From: the human T2T-CHM13v2.0 reference genome, Homo sapiens
DNA length: 64,000 nt
Assembly: GCF_009914755.1 (NCBI RefSeq)
Contig: NC_060929.1
Reading direction: 5' to 3' (one strand)
The notes beneath the pieces were generated by a model that ran no database searches, was not told the origin of the DNA, and saw only the letters and a list, made by a program, of their open reading frames with translations. This document shows, piece by piece, positions 60,641 to 64,000 of this stretch (its first letter is position 1; each line of letters starts with the position of its first letter). A program made the translations under genes and the position numbers.

Positions 60641-62753
60641 GCAGGCCTGTGAAAAGCAGATGCGGGGCTCTGCTTGGAGCCAGTTCTTCAGCTCTCCTTG
60701 ACTTCATTTGAAGTAAGCCCTTCCACTAGGCTGGTATATGGCAGACTGGAGTAGCAGAGATGATGCCCAGATGCCCACAACTCTCCTGGGCGTTGTGCAA
60801 GAGCATTGTTTCTTCATTTCCCTCTTTTGTTTCTGTATCCACTGGCAACTGGCAGGGACAGGCACTGACAGTCTGGCTCAGAGGGCCCGCAGGGCTGAGA
60901 CATGTGCTCTCCTGGGTATGTGGTTCTCAGAGCACTTGGACACCCCTAGCAACCCTCCCACCTCCCATTATAGAACACCAGACACACAAGATCTGATTTC
61001 TTCAGGGCTGAAATACTGGATGTGGGTACAGTAGGTGAGAGCCGGCTGGGGGTATGGTGAGGGTGGCCTTGAATTGAAATGTCAGCAAGGCCAACCTTGC
61101 CTTCTGGGCTTTCTGGGGAGATAAGGCCAGGACTGCAAATGTGATCAGCCAAAGAATGCAGGGTTGGCTGGGGACAAAAGTGCCCCCCGGCCCTTTCCCC
61201 AAGAGGAGACTTTGTGCTTCCCGCCTTCCAGGAATCCTCCAGTCAGGGGAGCTGGACCTGAGGAAAAAGGTGGGGTTTGCTGTTCCTGCAGGTTGGGAGG
61301 CAGAGTCACAAAAGAAACAAGCCTGGGGAGAGAGGGAAAAGGGTCCAAACCACAGAGCAAGACCATGTTAGTGTGGGGAGCGCATCTTTGTTGCATTCAT
61401 TCACGTGTGCATGCATTCATAACTTCATTTACTAGCTGGCACGCAAGAAATGCCTACAAGGTGCCAGACCCTCTGCCAAGTTCTGAGCCTGCCCAGATGC
61501 ACAGAGCTTCCTGACTTGGTGTCAGATTGCTGCCCTGGGGATAGCTGGGCCTCCTGCTGTGGTGAAACCAGTTTTTCTATTCTCTGAGGGGCAAATTACT
61601 ATTGCTTAGGCACAGGAGGTGCTCCCTCTGGAGGAGAGTGAGCTTACAGGGTAGGCGGCCTGGGGAGAAGGTGTGGCTCACTTTTCACGCTCAGTCCCCA
61701 CATTCCCCTGTGCCAGGGAGGGTGTTCCTTTTTACTTGGGTGATCTGCCTTAGAGCTTCTGCAGTTCTCCACTCCACAGAATGGGAGGGACTTGCAGGAT
61801 GACGCAGTCCGCCCACCTTCCATCCTTTCTCTTTCCTTTCCTTCCAGTATTTACTGAACGTCTGCCGAGACCCTGGCACGTTACTAGGTGCCTGCCTTGA
61901 AGCCATTTAGGAGAAATGGCGTTCTCCAAACAAAAGTATTCCGTTGCCATTCACGTTTCTCTCTCTCCCCCTCTCTGGCCACATGGAGCTGGGCAGAGGT
62001 GTTTTTTTTTCCTTTTCTCTTTTTCTCTGTCTCTGCTTGTTTCTCTGAGAAGATAAAAGCTGGCCTTTGGCTCCCCGCTAGGGGACAGGCCCATTACAGC
62101 CCTCTGTTCCTTTCCCTGCTTTCTCTGACACTGTGAGGCTGAGACACAGTGAGTCCTGCTCAGCTGGGCCTGTGTTCATCCCATTAGCATTGTGGCCACT
62201 TCAGGGCCTCTGGGATTGAGTTCTCTGGAGCCAGAACAGTTTCATAACCCCTAGAGGAGGCCAAAGTCGTCCCAGCCTTCTGGGTCCAAAGGTTCTCTCC
62301 CATGTGGCTCCTGCCTCAATAACCTACCTCCATTTTTTTTTTTTAGTTTGTTTCTGCCTCAGGCACATTTTCTCTGTAATTTTTGGAACCCAAATATAAG
62401 GGAAATCTCATTTGCTCCGTTCTGACTCATTTACAATTAAATACACTTGTTCCCATCTGTGTCTGTATACATCTGCATATATTTGCTAAAGCATCGCCCT
62501 TAATTTTGGAAAATGAGGCGGCTGGTGTTATTTTTATCCTGACTGCCAAGTTGGCTGAGAAGACCAGTGGGTGTTCACCCACCCAGTGACGACCCCTGGC
62601 CAGGCCTGTGCCTGAGGGAGGTGGTGACATTTCTCCCATGCATAGAACATGCAGACCCCTGGACAGTTGTGGCCTTCGTGATTGCTGTCTTTAGGGGTCC
62701 AGTTACCATGACTAGGCGTGTTCCTGTCCATCTCGGTGCCGAGGCTTCACTGA

Positions 62754-63167
<414 letters not shown>

Positions 63168-64000
63168 TGAGGAAGCAATGCCAGGTCATCACAGCCCCAT
63201 CCCCTCCAAGGCCAGGAGAAGAGAAGAGATGTCTTTACTGTTCAGAAGGATGTGGTGGCATGTGTGGGCGCCTGCCTCACCTACGTACCTAAAAATACCA
63301 TACTGTGGTTGTCTACCTCTTTTTTTTTTTTTAAATCGAGTTACACTGTAAAGATATTCACATTTAATGAGATGGTGGTGCCTGTCAGCACACTTAGAAC
63401 CCTTTTGATATTATCATTGAATACTTTTATTTATGCCCAGGTGCTAAAATAGAACTTGGCCAACAAGAATTACAGGATGCAGAAAATAAAATGTCTACTC
63501 CTGACAATAAAAAAAAAAGTTAACATCAAAACAATATTGGAAACAACACTTACTTCCTGCTGACCTACAACCTTCTCTTGAAAATTCTGTGATGGGCAGT
63601 GCTGCTGCTGACATTGATAAATAATTCAGATTGATTCAGGGAAATGCTGGGCTTTTACATTTTTTCTGCACCACTTCCAAGATGCTAGACTCCATACTTC
63701 ATGTTGAACCAACCGCACTCCTGAGAAGAGATGGCTTAGAATGATCCCAGGATTGTCCGAAGTGTCTTCCTCTTACCTGAGGTCTCTTTAGAGAACCAGT
63801 GATGCCATGGGCACTAGTCACAACTGAGGGTCCTTGTTGTACGTGGCTTTGTCTTGGGCCTATGAACTCCACAAGGGTAGAGAAGCTACCATTTCTGCCC
63901 TTAGAGAGCTTAATTCTTGGCTGATATTTCCAGTCTAAGCCTGTGGATCAATTAGCGCCTCTCCTCCCCTGGAGGGTGTGTAAGTATCTGCTTTTTCCAT

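Overview
This is primate, almost certainly human, non-coding genomic DNA from an Alu-dense region. I find no host protein-coding exons, RNA genes, CRISPR arrays or CpG-island promoter, and I cannot name the locus. The main feature is a full-length (~6.15 kb) minus-strand LINE-1 at 14888-21041. Its diagnostics match L1PA3 of the long form that retains the ~129-bp ZNF93-binding 5'UTR segment. ORF1 and ORF2 are broken, but the first 480 codons of ORF2 (including all endonuclease catalytic residues) are still open, and a truncated antisense ORF0 is present. The rest is about 75 Alu/FLAM/FAM pieces (roughly 30% of the window by eye), MIR, L2, old L1M, ERVL/MaLR solo LTRs and hAT MITEs, often nested several layers deep. 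Almost all other ORFs in the track are repeat artefacts. I do not see a new multi-gene system. The unusual signals are mechanistic fossils. (1) A ~215-bp internal LTR16 segment is copied 1.7 kb upstream into another LTR with no poly-A. (2) An Alu monomer carries an L1-derived 3' extension inside one TSD. (3) An Alu carries 64 bp of foreign 5' sequence inside its TSD. (4) There are two tiny unidentified TSD-flanked retro-insertions. (5) Several repeat-free, motif-dense islands may be enhancers. Subfamily calls are from remembered consensus features, and boundaries are approximate unless a TSD is quoted.
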